A stretch of DNA of 64,000 nucleotides, taken from NCBI GenBank assembly GCA_913061415.1, contig CAJXUD010000006.1:63505-127504 (forward strand), written 5' to 3'. The notes under the pieces were generated by a model. The model searched no databases, was not told the DNA's origin, and saw only the letters and a list, made by a program, of their open reading frames with translations. Within the stretch, counting starts at the first letter, position 1. Each line of letters opens with the position of its first letter. The position numbers were made by a program, and so were the translations under genes. The stretch is from an uncultured Oleispira sp. GTDB taxonomy: Bacteria > Pseudomonadota > Gammaproteobacteria > Pseudomonadales > Oceanobacteraceae. Below, piece by piece: positions 18,992-28,749 of this stretch.

Positions 18992-19744
18992 ATGGATCGC
19001 GCATTATACATTGCCATGTCCGGTGCCAAGCAAAACGTAGTGAGCCAAACGGCCCACTCAAACAACTTGGCCAACGCCAGTACCACAGGGTTTCGATCGG
19101 ATTATACCCAGTCGCGAGCACAGCCTGTATTTGGTGATCACTTTCCTACTCGCGCATTTGCTATGGCCGAACGTCCTGCTAGTGATTTTCGCCAAGGCCC
19201 TTTGCAAGAAACCGGACGTCAGATGGATGTTGCCATCGAAGGCCCAGGTTGGTTTGTCGTTGAAGGGGCCGATGGTGAAGAAGCGTATACCCGAGCGGGT
19301 GACTTATCGGTTGATCCGCAAGGGCGCTTAATGAATGCGCGTGGATTACAGCTTATGGGCGATGGTGGCCCCATCGAAATTCCGCCTTTTGAAACCATTG
19401 AAATTGCTCGTGACGGTACGATCTCTATTCGCCCACAAGGTGTGGGTGCTGAAGCCGTTGCCGAAGTTGTGCAAATTAGATTGGTAAACCCCGATGCAAA
19501 AACATTAGAAAAAGGCACCGATGGTTTATTTAGAATTCGTGACCGCCAGCCAGGTGATCCTGGTGCAAATGTTGATCCTAACATGTCATTAGTCAATGGA
19601 TTTGTCGAAGGCAGTAATGTCAATGCTGTTACCGAATTGACCCAAGTATTAGCGATGAATCGTCAGTACGAAATGCAAATCAAACTAATGAAAACGGCCG
19701 ATGAAAATAGCGCGGCCGCCACACAACTATTAAGTGCGCAATAA
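18992..19744 (+). CDS. flgF: Proximal rod protein FlgF
   Basis: NNLANASTTGFR and a C-terminal NRQYEMQIKLMKTADE block. Confidence 0.92.
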   Translation: MDRALYIAMSGAKQNVVSQTAHSNNLANASTTGFRSDYTQSRAQPVFGDHFPTRAFAMAERPASDFRQGPLQETGRQMDVAIEGPGWFVVEGADGEEAYTRAGDLSVDPQGRLMNARGLQLMGDGGPIEIPPFETIEIARDGTISIRPQGVGAEAVAEVVQIRLVNPDAKTLEKGTDGLFRIRDRQPGDPGANVDPNMSLVNGFVEGSNVNAVTELTQVLAMNRQYEMQIKLMKTADENSAAATQLLSAQ

Positions 19745-19769
19745 TAGAATTAACGTGCAGAGGTGATGT

Positions 19770-20555
19770 ATGCATCCAGCATTATGGGTCAGTAAAAGTG
19801 GGTTAGAAGCACAAGATTTAGCACTAACCACCGTCTCGAATAACTTGGCGAACGTATCAACAACGGGCTTTAAAAAAGACCGTCCGGTATTTGAAGACTT
19901 GTTATATCAGATCAAGCGCCAACCAGGGGCAAACTCTTCGGCCGATACGCGTTTACCTTCGGGTTTACAGGTCGGTACAGGGGTAAGAACCGCCGGTACG
20001 CAAAAAGTATTTACCACGGGCAGCTTACAGCTTACCGACCAGCCATTAGACATGGCGGTTAACGGTCGCGGATTTTTCCAAATCCAAATGCCGGATGGCA
20101 CGCAGTCGTATACCCGCGATGGTACCTTTCACATTAACGCCGAAGGCACGATTGTGAACGTTAATGGTTATGCACTAGAGCCTCAAATAGACATTCCAGA
20201 GCTGACCAATCAACTGACGATTAGTAACGACGGTATTGTGCAAGCGACCTTGTTTGGTGATCCTACACCGCAAGAGTTAGGGCAAATTGACTTGGTTGAT
20301 TTTATTAACCCAGCGGGTTTGCAATCAACGGGTGGAAACTTATACAAAGAAACCGCCGCCAGTGGTGCCCCTAATGTGGGTATTGCCGCGAACGATGGCT
20401 TTGGTTCGATAGAGCAAGGTGCGTTGGAAAATTCAAACGTAGAAGTGGTCGAAGAATTGGTGAAAATGATTACCGTTCAGCGCGCTTACGAAATGAATTC
20501 AAAAGTCGTATCAGCAGCCGATCAGATGTTGCAGTTCTTAACTCAAAATACGTAA
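19770..20555 (+). CDS. flgG: Distal rod protein FlgG
   Basis: NNLANVSTTGFKKDR and TVQRAYEMNSKVVSAADQML. Confidence 0.95.
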   Translation: MHPALWVSKSGLEAQDLALTTVSNNLANVSTTGFKKDRPVFEDLLYQIKRQPGANSSADTRLPSGLQVGTGVRTAGTQKVFTTGSLQLTDQPLDMAVNGRGFFQIQMPDGTQSYTRDGTFHINAEGTIVNVNGYALEPQIDIPELTNQLTISNDGIVQATLFGDPTPQELGQIDLVDFINPAGLQSTGGNLYKETAASGAPNVGIAANDGFGSIEQGALENSNVEVVEELVKMITVQRAYEMNSKVVSAADQMLQFLTQNT

Positions 20556-20597
20556 TTAATTAAACATGCGAATAGATGAAACACGCGGAGAAATAGT

Positions 20598-21281
20598 ATG
20601 AAAATTATTAACAGTTTAATTCCCGCAATATTACTGCTTACTGGCTGCACCAGTGTGCCATTAGAAAAAGATGTTTTTCCTAATGATCCGCAGTATGCCC
20701 CAGTGCCATCGTCTTCCTTGCGCGCTGCGCCGAATATTAATGGCTCGTTGTATAAATCAAATTACAGTTTAAGTTTATTTTCCGATCAGCAAGCAACGCA
20801 GGTTGGCGATATTATTACTGTCATCTTTGATGAACAATATAACTCATCCAAGTCGGCCGAAACAAAATCACAAAAAGATTCAAGTAATTCTTCAAATCCA
20901 ACCAACATCCTTAATACCGTACCGGGTTGGAGAAACTTAGGACTTGATATCGATCTTGATCATAAGCGCTCGTTTAAAGGAAAAGGCGACGCTGATAGAA
21001 GTAATAGTTTAAGTGGCACGATTTCTGTAACGGTTTCAGACATATTACCCAGCGGTGTTTTGCAAATACGCGGAGAAAAGTGGTTAACCTTAAGTGAAGG
21101 TGATGAATACATTCGCATTATTGGATTGATCCGCCCGCAAGACATCACCCCGCAAAATACCGTGATGTCTAGTAAAGTTGCCGATGCACGAATCAAATTT
21201 GGTGGCCGTGGCAACTTAAATAACTCGACCAAAGAAGGTTGGTTTGGTCGCATGACGAATAGCGCTTGGTGGCCCTTCTAA
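20598..21281 (+). CDS. flgH: L-ring lipoprotein FlgH
   Basis: Lipobox LLLTGC, QVGDIITV block and FlgH-type C-terminus. Confidence 0.92.
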   Translation: MKIINSLIPAILLLTGCTSVPLEKDVFPNDPQYAPVPSSSLRAAPNINGSLYKSNYSLSLFSDQQATQVGDIITVIFDEQYNSSKSAETKSQKDSSNSSNPTNILNTVPGWRNLGLDIDLDHKRSFKGKGDADRSNSLSGTISVTVSDILPSGVLQIRGEKWLTLSEGDEYIRIIGLIRPQDITPQNTVMSSKVADARIKFGGRGNLNNSTKEGWFGRMTNSAWWPF

Positions 21282-21361
21282 TTGCAGGACTTCTATAAAA
21301 GTGTCAATTTCTGGAGACGATGATGAACAGTTTGACTGATGAAGGGCTTAGGAAAATATAT

Positions 21362-22465
21362 ATGATGATTATTTGGCGCTTTATCGCGTTCGTATTTTTA
21401 ACATTACCGTTGGTATTAAATACAGCCTATGCCGAACGCATAAAAGATATAACGTCAATTGCAGGTGTTCGCAGTAATCAATTAATCGGTTATGGCTTAG
21501 TGGTTGGTTTAGACGGCACAGGTGATAAAGCGCCTTTCACAACACAAACCTTTAAAAACATGATGGCCGAATTTGGCATCACCATTCCTAATGGCACTGA
21601 CCCTAAGCTAAAAAACGTAGCCGCGGTATCGATTACTGCCGAGATGCCTGCTTTTGCTAAACCTGGCCAGCGTTTGGATATCACGGTTTCATCGTTAGGT
21701 AATGCCAAAAGCTTACGCGGTGGCTCTTTATTGTTTGCGCCATTGAAAGGGGCTGATGGGCAAGTCTATGCGTTAGCACAAGGTAATCTAGTGGTGGGTG
21801 GTTTTGGCATTCAAGGAAACGATGGCTCTAAGCTTACCGTTAATGTTCCTAGTGTTGGTAGAATTCCAAATGGTGCGACAGTAGAACGTGCGATTCCAAA
21901 TGGGTTTGGACATGGAGATAGCTTGGTGCTGAATCTGGATCAAGCAAACTTCACAACGGCTAGACACATCATTGATACTTTAAATGATCTGTTAGGTCCA
22001 GGCACTGCAGAAGCCTTAGATGGCACCTCGATTAGGGTTAGTGCGCCACGAGATCTAAGCCAACGTGTTTCGTTTTTATCGATAATCGAAAATATGGAAG
22101 TCAAGACAGGTGATGCACGAGCGAAAGTGATTATTAACTCGCGCACAGGCACTATTGTAATGGGGCAGCATGTAAGGATAGAGCCCGTCGCAGTAACGCA
22201 TGGCAGCTTAACGGTGATGGTGCAAGAAGACTTAGATGTTGTGCAGCCTAACGCATTGGGCGATGGAGAAACCGCCGTTGTCCCACGAACTAATATCACT
22301 GCTACCCAAGAAAATAGCCGCATGTTTAAATTTGGCCCGGGAGTTTCCTTAGATCAAATCGTGCAAGCGGTAAATGAAGTCGGCGCAGCACCAGGCGACT
22401 TAATGGCTATACTAGAAGCATTGAAGCAAGCAGGCGCATTAAAAGCCGAGCTTGTGGTTATTTAA
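21362..22465 (+). CDS. flgI: P-ring protein FlgI
   Basis: Signal peptide [24 protein letters not shown] followed by [31 protein letters not shown]. Start chosen at 21362 (AGGA RBS) rather than the ORF-track 21320. Confidence 0.92.
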   Translation: MMIIWRFIAFVFLTLPLVLNTAYAERIKDITSIAGVRSNQLIGYGLVVGLDGTGDKAPFTTQTFKNMMAEFGITIPNGTDPKLKNVAAVSITAEMPAFAKPGQRLDITVSSLGNAKSLRGGSLLFAPLKGADGQVYALAQGNLVVGGFGIQGNDGSKLTVNVPSVGRIPNGATVERAIPNGFGHGDSLVLNLDQANFTTARHIIDTLNDLLGPGTAEALDGTSIRVSAPRDLSQRVSFLSIIENMEVKTGDARAKVIINSRTGTIVMGQHVRIEPVAVTHGSLTVMVQEDLDVVQPNALGDGETAVVPRTNITATQENSRMFKFGPGVSLDQIVQAVNEVGAAPGDLMAILEALKQAGALKAELVVI

Positions 22466-22512
22466 TGCGGGTTTCATTATCTGAGGCCTTAAGAAGAGCT
22501 TAAGGAAGCACA

Positions 22513-22815
22513 ATGGCAAAGAGCAATTCGTTACTTGACGAGATAGAAACCATGACGGCAGAGATACATTCGTTGTTGAGACAAGGGGTGAAAGAGTTAA
22601 GTGATCAAAGGATAGAACAGCGCCAACGAAAAATAGAATTGTTATTTATTCACCCCGAGAGAATTACAGCTCAAGATCAGGCTCGCTTAAAAGCGATGGT
22701 AGAGCAAGATGACGGGGTAAAAAAACAGCTAAAAAAAGAACAACAGGCTTATCATAACCGCAACCTGAAGCGGTCGAAGTTGAAAATGTATGGACAGAAT
22801 AGTTCTGGTGTTTAG
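22513..22815 (+). CDS. Small helical protein of unknown function between flgI and flgJ (possibly a FliT-like export chaperone)
   Basis: 100 aa, no signal peptide, predicted all-helical with a basic tail. The segment SDQRIEQRQRKIELLF and the tail ...QQAYHNRNL recall FliT-family proteins by eye only. No fliT follows fliS in this locus. Confidence 0.35.
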   Translation: MAKSNSLLDEIETMTAEIHSLLRQGVKELSDQRIEQRQRKIELLFIHPERITAQDQARLKAMVEQDDGVKKQLKKEQQAYHNRNLKRSKLKMYGQNSSGV

Positions 22816-22944
22816 GTTTGTCATCCGCTCCTTTTATACGCCGCTGTAGTGAATCGTTTTTTATGCGGCAATTCCTTGCCACTTCCACATCCAACTTTAC
22901 GTCCAATCCTCCCGAATCCCGCATAAAACAAGCATTTTAAAACT

Positions 22945-22960
22945 TGGCAAAGAAATTGCT
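22945..22960 (+). promoter_or_regulatory. Sigma54 promoter of flgJKL
   Basis: TGGCAA-N5-TTGCT, 49 nt before flgJ. Confidence 0.8.
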
Positions 22961-23008
22961 CTGTTAATCACTAGAAACAAAAAAAGATGAACCGAATAGG
23001 GTCAATCC

Positions 23009-24064
23009 ATGATTAACAGCCAGATTGCACAGCCACAAGATGTTTATACAGACCTTAATAGTCTGCAAAGCATTAATGCTATTGGTCGCGAAGACAAAGG
23101 CGAAGCTTTGCGTAAAGTGGCTGAGCAGTTTGAATCTATGTTTGTCAAAATGATGATGAAGTCGATGCGTGATGCGAATAAGGTTTTTCAAGAAGATTCG
23201 ATTATGCATTCTCCGCAAGAAGATTTTTATCAACAAATGTATGACGACCAATTATCGGTCAGTTTAACCGGTAAGCAGGGTATGGGATTGGCAGATGTTA
23301 TTTATCGTCAGCTTAATCAAGAATATGGCGATCCTGAGGGACGTAAAGAGGTTCAGTGGCAGCCATTGGATGATCGTCGCAAAAACTTTTCTCATGCGAT
23401 CGACTTTAACCAAATTGAAAAGAAAAATACTCAGCTTAAACCTAAAAAAGAACAAGCGGGTTTTGAAATCGATGCGTCGTTTGTGAATAAAACTGAGCAA
23501 GATACATCCCCTGAAAAGCAAGCTGATAAACTGCAAACGTTTGCCAGCCCCGAGGCGTTTATAGAAACACTTTATCCGGCGGCGCAAAAAGTGGCTAAAG
23601 AAATGGGTGTTAGCCCTCAAGCGATTGTTTCTCAAGCCGCATTAGAAACTGGCTGGGGAAAGTTTGTGATCCATGGTGAAAATAGCCAAGGCGAGCAAGA
23701 AAACAGTTTTAATTTTTTTGGCATTAAGGCTGATAGTCGCTGGAGTGGTGAAAAAGTGAGTGTCACTACTCATGAATATCGAGATGGTCAGCGCGTAACA
23801 GAAAAAGCAGATTTCCGCTCATACCCTAGCATCGAAGCGGGCCTAAAAGATTATGCTGATTTCTTGCAGGCACAGCGTTATGAAAAGGCGATGGCGGCAG
23901 GAACAGATATCGAACAATACGCAAAAGAATTGCAGCAAGCTGGATACGCGACAGACCCTAAATACGCACAAAAAATAACGCGCATCGCCAACAGCGAACT
24001 GATGCAGCAAACTTTAAATACTACGCCATTAGCGCAAAATAGCGAAGAGGTGCCTCGTGGGTGA
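23009..24064 (+). CDS. flgJ: FlgJ: rod-binding domain plus peptidoglycan glucosaminidase
   Basis: N-terminal AEQFESMFVKMMMKSMR and a C-terminal muramidase/glucosaminidase region (AALETGWGK, FFGIKA, AGYATDPKYAQKI). Confidence 0.92.
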   Translation: MINSQIAQPQDVYTDLNSLQSINAIGREDKGEALRKVAEQFESMFVKMMMKSMRDANKVFQEDSIMHSPQEDFYQQMYDDQLSVSLTGKQGMGLADVIYRQLNQEYGDPEGRKEVQWQPLDDRRKNFSHAIDFNQIEKKNTQLKPKKEQAGFEIDASFVNKTEQDTSPEKQADKLQTFASPEAFIETLYPAAQKVAKEMGVSPQAIVSQAALETGWGKFVIHGENSQGEQENSFNFFGIKADSRWSGEKVSVTTHEYRDGQRVTEKADFRSYPSIEAGLKDYADFLQAQRYEKAMAAGTDIEQYAKELQQAGYATDPKYAQKITRIANSELMQQTLNTTPLAQNSEEVPRG

Positions 24065-27035
24065 TTTATTAGGCATAGGTATTTCTGGCTTAAAAGCTCA
24101 GCAAACAGCGCTGAGTGTTACGGGTCATAACATTACTAACGCGGGTACTGAAGGTTATAGCCGCCAGACGGTAAACTTTAATGAAAATACGCCTCAGTTT
24201 AGCGGCGGTGTTTGGACCGGTAATGGCGTTAACGTTGATTCTATTAAGCGCGTTTATGACGAATTCTTAACCGAGCAAATGCAGCGCGACTCATCGGCAT
24301 TTAATGAGAATGAAGTTTTGTCGGTTAACGCTTCACAAATTGACAGTTTATTGGCCGATTCAGGAACTGGCATACAGCCAGGCATCGAAAGAATGTTTGG
24401 CGCTTTGCAATCGGTGGTAGATGATCCTTCGTCACTTCCGGCCCGACAAGTTTTGATCAGTGAAGCCAACGGGCTTAGCGATCGATTTTCTACTATCAGT
24501 GATCGACTGAATGACCAAAGCGAAATTATTAATGGGCAAATGGATGTTATTGCTGGAGAAATTAGCACCATTGGTAATGCGATAGCTGACCTTAACGAAC
24601 AGATTCAATTTGCTTTAGCCGCATCTAATGGCCAACCACCGAATGATATGCTGGATCAGCGTGATCGACTAATAACCCAGCTTTCTGAATTGGTCTCAGT
24701 TGAGGTAACGATCCAAGATGGCAGTGCAATGAATGTCATGATCGGTAATGGGCAATCTTTAGTAATTGGAAATGAATCAAGTGAGCTATTTACCCAGGCT
24801 GGAGATTCTGATTCTTCCAGATTCGGTCTGTATTTCCGTAAAGGTGATACCGTCGTAGACGTCACAGCTGAAATTAAAGGTGGACAGCTGGGTGGAATGC
24901 TACAGTTTCGTGAGGTGGTATTAGAGCCAGCGATTAATGGTTTAGGTCGTCTCGCAGTAAGTATTAACGAAGCATTTAATCAACAACATCAGCTGGGTAT
25001 TGATTACGAAGGCTCAAAAGGCGGTAACTTTTTTGACGACGTAAACTCGCCGAGTAATAGCTATGCGAGGGTACATGGTGATGGCCGCAACAAAGCACCC
25101 AATGATCGCTTAGTTTCAGCGCATATCACCGATAGTTCGAAGTTAACCACCGATAATTATCGATTAGAATTCCCTGGTCCTGGGGAGTATGTGTTTAAAG
25201 TCTATAACGATACCACCGGCCAAGAATTAGAAGCAACTGCGCTAACCGGAGAGCTTCCGCAAACGGTTGAAGTTGATGGCTTTGAAATACGCTTAGAAGC
25301 GGGTACTTTTCAAGCAGGAGATCGTTTTTTAATTACACCAACGCGTGCCGCAGCAGGCAATCTTGATGTGCGCGTGACTCGACCAGAAGAAGTCGCCATT
25401 GCCTCACCGATTTCTACTGACTCGGCCATTGGTAACCGCGGAACAGGGGCTATTTCACAAGGTGCTGTTTACGATATTACAACACCTTATTTGGCCAGCG
25501 AAGGCGAGATGGACCCTCCTTTATTGGTGAAGTTTACGTCAGCCACAAGTTATGACGTATTGGATAACTCAGACCCTGGTAATCCGATACCACTCTTTCC
25601 ACCCTTGATGAATCAACGTTATATTCCGGGTATATCGAATAATATTTTACCACCCGACGAAGGTAAAACCGCCTTCACCAGTTTTGGTGGATATCTACCA
25701 ACAATGCCCACGTATCAGGCACCATCACCAGCGCCTACAGTAACGGCTGTAAATGGTTTTTTCCCTGAACGTATTACCATTAATCGTGAAGATCCTATTA
25801 CAGGGGCGCAAATAGCTCAGCCGCTATTAATCACGCCAGAAAATGCATCGGCGAAAGAAATAGCGCGGCTAATTTCAGAGAGAGATGGGGTGGAAGCAAG
25901 TGCACGAACAACGGTTCAGTTAAGCGACTTCACCCTAGATGCTAATCCATTTATGGATACAAACTTATCTCTAAATGGCATCACGCTCACCGATACCTTG
26001 GCTTTGACGCAAACAAAATATGCCGATGATTATCCTGCAGTTGTGCCCGAGCCTTTAGATGCCAACTTTATAGCCGATCGAATTAATGCCAATTTTGATT
26101 TTCGGGATATGGGAATTGTTGCCAAGAGTGATGGCGAAACTGTAACGATTATTGCGCTAAATGGCGAAGACTTAAGCTTTGAATTAACCGGAGATTTAGG
26201 AGATGGTTTTTCAATATCTAACTCTCAAGACATTCCACTGATTCAAACGGGACAGTCGCCTGTTGTTAACCTAACAGAAATAGATGGTTATGACTTTTCA
26301 ATAGACGGTCCTTATACTTATGAGTTTGAAGGCCCAGATAAAAAAATGTACAGCATAGAGCTGACGGGGAATCATAGTTCAGGGGCCGCTGTCTTAAATG
26401 AAATTCAAAATAAAATTGATAATTCAGGCCTTGTTCACCCAGGTAACTTACAAGTAGATATTGATGAAAAGGGCAGGATTAGTTTTCAAACAAAACTGCC
26501 CGTAACTGCAACAGGGATTAATGGCAGTAGCAAAATTGCCATGGGCGGTGAAATTAAAGTTGTACTTGATGAAGGTCACAGCTTAGAAATAGACCCACCT
26601 GGAAATAATTTATTTGATAGCAACCCCGTAGGTGAGTCTGTTCACTTTGGCTTTGATGTTGAAATAGAAGGGCTGATTCAAAATGGTGACGAATTTACTG
26701 TACAGTTTAATAAAGACGGTACCTCTGATAGCCGCAACGGTGTTGCACTGGGTAACTTGCAAACAAAAAAAATTGTTAATGGAAATACCAGCTTTAGCGG
26801 TGCTTATGCGACGCTGGTAGAAGAAGTGGGTTCTATAACCAGTAGAGCGCGCATAAATAAAGAATCAAGTGAAGTATTGCTGCGTAACTCTAAAGATGCG
26901 GTGAATAGCAGCTCTGGGGTTAACCTAGATGAAGAAGCCGCCGCCTTAATTCAGTATGAACTTGCTTACAATGCTTCTGCCAAAGTGATTCAAGTTGCGC
27001 GTGATATTTTTGATACTTTAATAAATACATTTTAA
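24057..27035 (+). CDS. flgK: Hook-filament junction protein FlgK (HAP1), enlarged (992 aa)
   Basis: GTG start overlaps the flgJ end. N-terminus LLGIGISGLKAQQTALSVTGHNITNAGTEGYSRQ and C-terminus GVNLDEEAAALIQYELAYNASAKVIQVARDIFDTLI. Confidence 0.93.
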   Translation: MGDLLGIGISGLKAQQTALSVTGHNITNAGTEGYSRQTVNFNENTPQFSGGVWTGNGVNVDSIKRVYDEFLTEQMQRDSSAFNENEVLSVNASQIDSLLADSGTGIQPGIERMFGALQSVVDDPSSLPARQVLISEANGLSDRFSTISDRLNDQSEIINGQMDVIAGEISTIGNAIADLNEQIQFALAASNGQPPNDMLDQRDRLITQLSELVSVEVTIQDGSAMNVMIGNGQSLVIGNESSELFTQAGDSDSSRFGLYFRKGDTVVDVTAEIKGGQLGGMLQFREVVLEPAINGLGRLAVSINEAFNQQHQLGIDYEGSKGGNFFDDVNSPSNSYARVHGDGRNKAPNDRLVSAHITDSSKLTTDNYRLEFPGPGEYVFKVYNDTTGQELEATALTGELPQTVEVDGFEIRLEAGTFQAGDRFLITPTRAAAGNLDVRVTRPEEVAIASPISTDSAIGNRGTGAISQGAVYDITTPYLASEGEMDPPLLVKFTSATSYDVLDNSDPGNPIPLFPPLMNQRYIPGISNNILPPDEGKTAFTSFGGYLPTMPTYQAPSPAPTVTAVNGFFPERITINREDPITGAQIAQPLLITPENASAKEIARLISERDGVEASARTTVQLSDFTLDANPFMDTNLSLNGITLTDTLALTQTKYADDYPAVVPEPLDANFIADRINANFDFRDMGIVAKSDGETVTIIALNGEDLSFELTGDLGDGFSISNSQDIPLIQTGQSPVVNLTEIDGYDFSIDGPYTYEFEGPDKKMYSIELTGNHSSGAAVLNEIQNKIDNSGLVHPGNLQVDIDEKGRISFQTKLPVTATGINGSSKIAMGGEIKVVLDEGHSLEIDPPGNNLFDSNPVGESVHFGFDVEIEGLIQNGDEFTVQFNKDGTSDSRNGVALGNLQTKKIVNGNTSFSGAYATLVEEVGSITSRARINKESSEVLLRNSKDAVNSSSGVNLDEEAAALIQYELAYNASAKVIQVARDIFDTLINTF

Positions 27036-27094
27036 ATAAAGACCGTTTTTAAAGAAAGACCGTTAATTAATTCAGTCATAAGGAGACTTTTAAC

Positions 27095-28333
27095 ATGCGT
27101 ATCTCTACCTTGCAGTCGTTTAATAAAGGGCTGAATTCGATTATGGATAATCAATCTCAGGTCAGTAAAACCCAGCAACAAGTTTCTACCGGTCGACGAG
27201 TATTAACCCCGGCAGATGACCCCATTGCGGCGACAAAAATATTACAGCTGCAGCAAGACTCGGCTTTAAGAGAGCAGTTTGGAAAAAACATGACGGGGGC
27301 CAAGGGCCGATTAGCGTTAGAAGAAACCCAAATGGCAGGGATTACCGAAAATTTGGATCGTCTAAAAGAGCTGACTATTCAGGCGGGAGGTGGAGGCGTC
27401 AACATCAGTGACCGTCAAGCTATAGCCTTCGAAGTTAATGTTATTCTAGAAGCCACCGTAGATTTGATGAATTCAAAAGATGCGGGTGGTGAATATTTAT
27501 TTGGCGGCTTTAAAGGCAATACACAGCCCTTTCAAAAAAATGAAAATGGCCGCTATGATTACGCAGGAGACGAAGGCCAGCGATTTATCTCCATTGCGTC
27601 CTCAACAACCGTTGCCACTGGGGATAATGGGAAAAAGTTATTTGTTGATGTAAAAGCTTCTGATAATACCTTTAATACACAAGTAAACCCGACTAACGGT
27701 GGCACCGGCGTAATTAATCCTGGTTTTGTCGTCGACCAAGAAGAGTATGATAAATTATACCCAGAAGACCTTATTATCACATTTAACCCAGAAACCGCCA
27801 TCTCGCCGCCGGGGCCTAACTATACCGTTCGTCAAGCGTCTGATGGGCGAGTTGTAGAGGGTGTTGATAATCGAGCGTTTAAACCAAGTGATAAAGTCAT
27901 AATCGCAGGGCTTGAACTTAAAATCAGTGGCAAGGTACAGCCAGGTGATGAATTTTTGGTTAATTCGTCAGAAAAACAAAGTTTAACCGATACACTTTAT
28001 CGTTTAAAAGATGGTTTGAATTCCTTAGAAGATATTCCAGTAGATAGTGAAGCATTAAAAAATCTACTAGCGAATACATTAGAGAATTTAGATAATGCAC
28101 AGGCAAGCATTTCACAAATACGCAGTGAAGTTGGTGCGCGGCTCAATGTAGTAGAAAATACTGAAGCACAAGCCGCAGATATCGACCTAGTCAGTAAGGA
28201 AGTTCTATCAAAAATCAGTGATGTAGACTTCGCAGAAGCTGTCAGTCGTTTAAGTTTACAAACATTTTTGCTAGAAACAGCACAGCAAAGCTATGCAAAA
28301 ATACAAAACCTTTCTCTGTTTAACCGCCTGTGA
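27095..28333 (+). CDS. flgL: Hook-filament junction protein FlgL (HAP3)
   Basis: Flagellin-like termini (MRISTLQSFN...; ...DFAEAVSRLSLQTFLLETAQQSYAKIQNLSLFN); 412 aa. Confidence 0.9.
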   Translation: MRISTLQSFNKGLNSIMDNQSQVSKTQQQVSTGRRVLTPADDPIAATKILQLQQDSALREQFGKNMTGAKGRLALEETQMAGITENLDRLKELTIQAGGGGVNISDRQAIAFEVNVILEATVDLMNSKDAGGEYLFGGFKGNTQPFQKNENGRYDYAGDEGQRFISIASSTTVATGDNGKKLFVDVKASDNTFNTQVNPTNGGTGVINPGFVVDQEEYDKLYPEDLIITFNPETAISPPGPNYTVRQASDGRVVEGVDNRAFKPSDKVIIAGLELKISGKVQPGDEFLVNSSEKQSLTDTLYRLKDGLNSLEDIPVDSEALKNLLANTLENLDNAQASISQIRSEVGARLNVVENTEAQAADIDLVSKEVLSKISDVDFAEAVSRLSLQTFLLETAQQSYAKIQNLSLFNRL

Positions 28334-28372
28334 AAAATATAAATATAAGTAGAAATAAAAAAAACCCTAAGT

Positions 28373-28396
28373 AGGTATTCAAAAAATTGAATACCT
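28373..28396 (+). terminator. Hairpin after flgL
   Basis: aggtattcaa-aaaa-ttgaatacct has 10-bp perfect arms. No T-run follows on the + strand. Confidence 0.45.
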
Positions 28397-28659
28397 GCGA
28401 AATTACCAAACCAAAACTGATAATATCATCTCTATGAAACGCTGCGCCTCGATACCCTTCGTGGCACATATCTGTATCTGATTATTGCTCAGCACCCCCC
28501 ATGCCACGATGGTAAAGCCCGCCAGCTCAAAGCAGTCTACCTTCATTGCTACAACGATGAAATTTTATAAAAACCTTAAATAAAACTCCAAAACCAAACA
28601 AGGTAGTAAAAACCCATTCCTTTATTCCAAATGCAACTAAACAATAATAAATTAATTTC

Positions 28660-28686
28660 TAAAGTAATCCCAAACTGTGTCGTTAA
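28660..28686 (+). promoter_or_regulatory. Sigma28 promoter of the flagellin gene
   Basis: TAAAGTAA-N11-GTCGTTAA, about 64 nt before the ATG. Confidence 0.75.
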
Positions 28687-28749
28687 CCTTATTGAAATAA
28701 AGAATTGTCCAGAAGTTTGGGCGTTCAGAACTAACAGAGGGTTAAAAAA

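Noticed and set aside
28462-28467. TGGCAC upstream of the flagellin gene as a possible sigma54 -24 element
   Set aside because: No TTGC sits at the required N5 spacing (the sequence is TGGCAC-atatc-TGTAT). A good sigma28 promoter lies closer to the gene.
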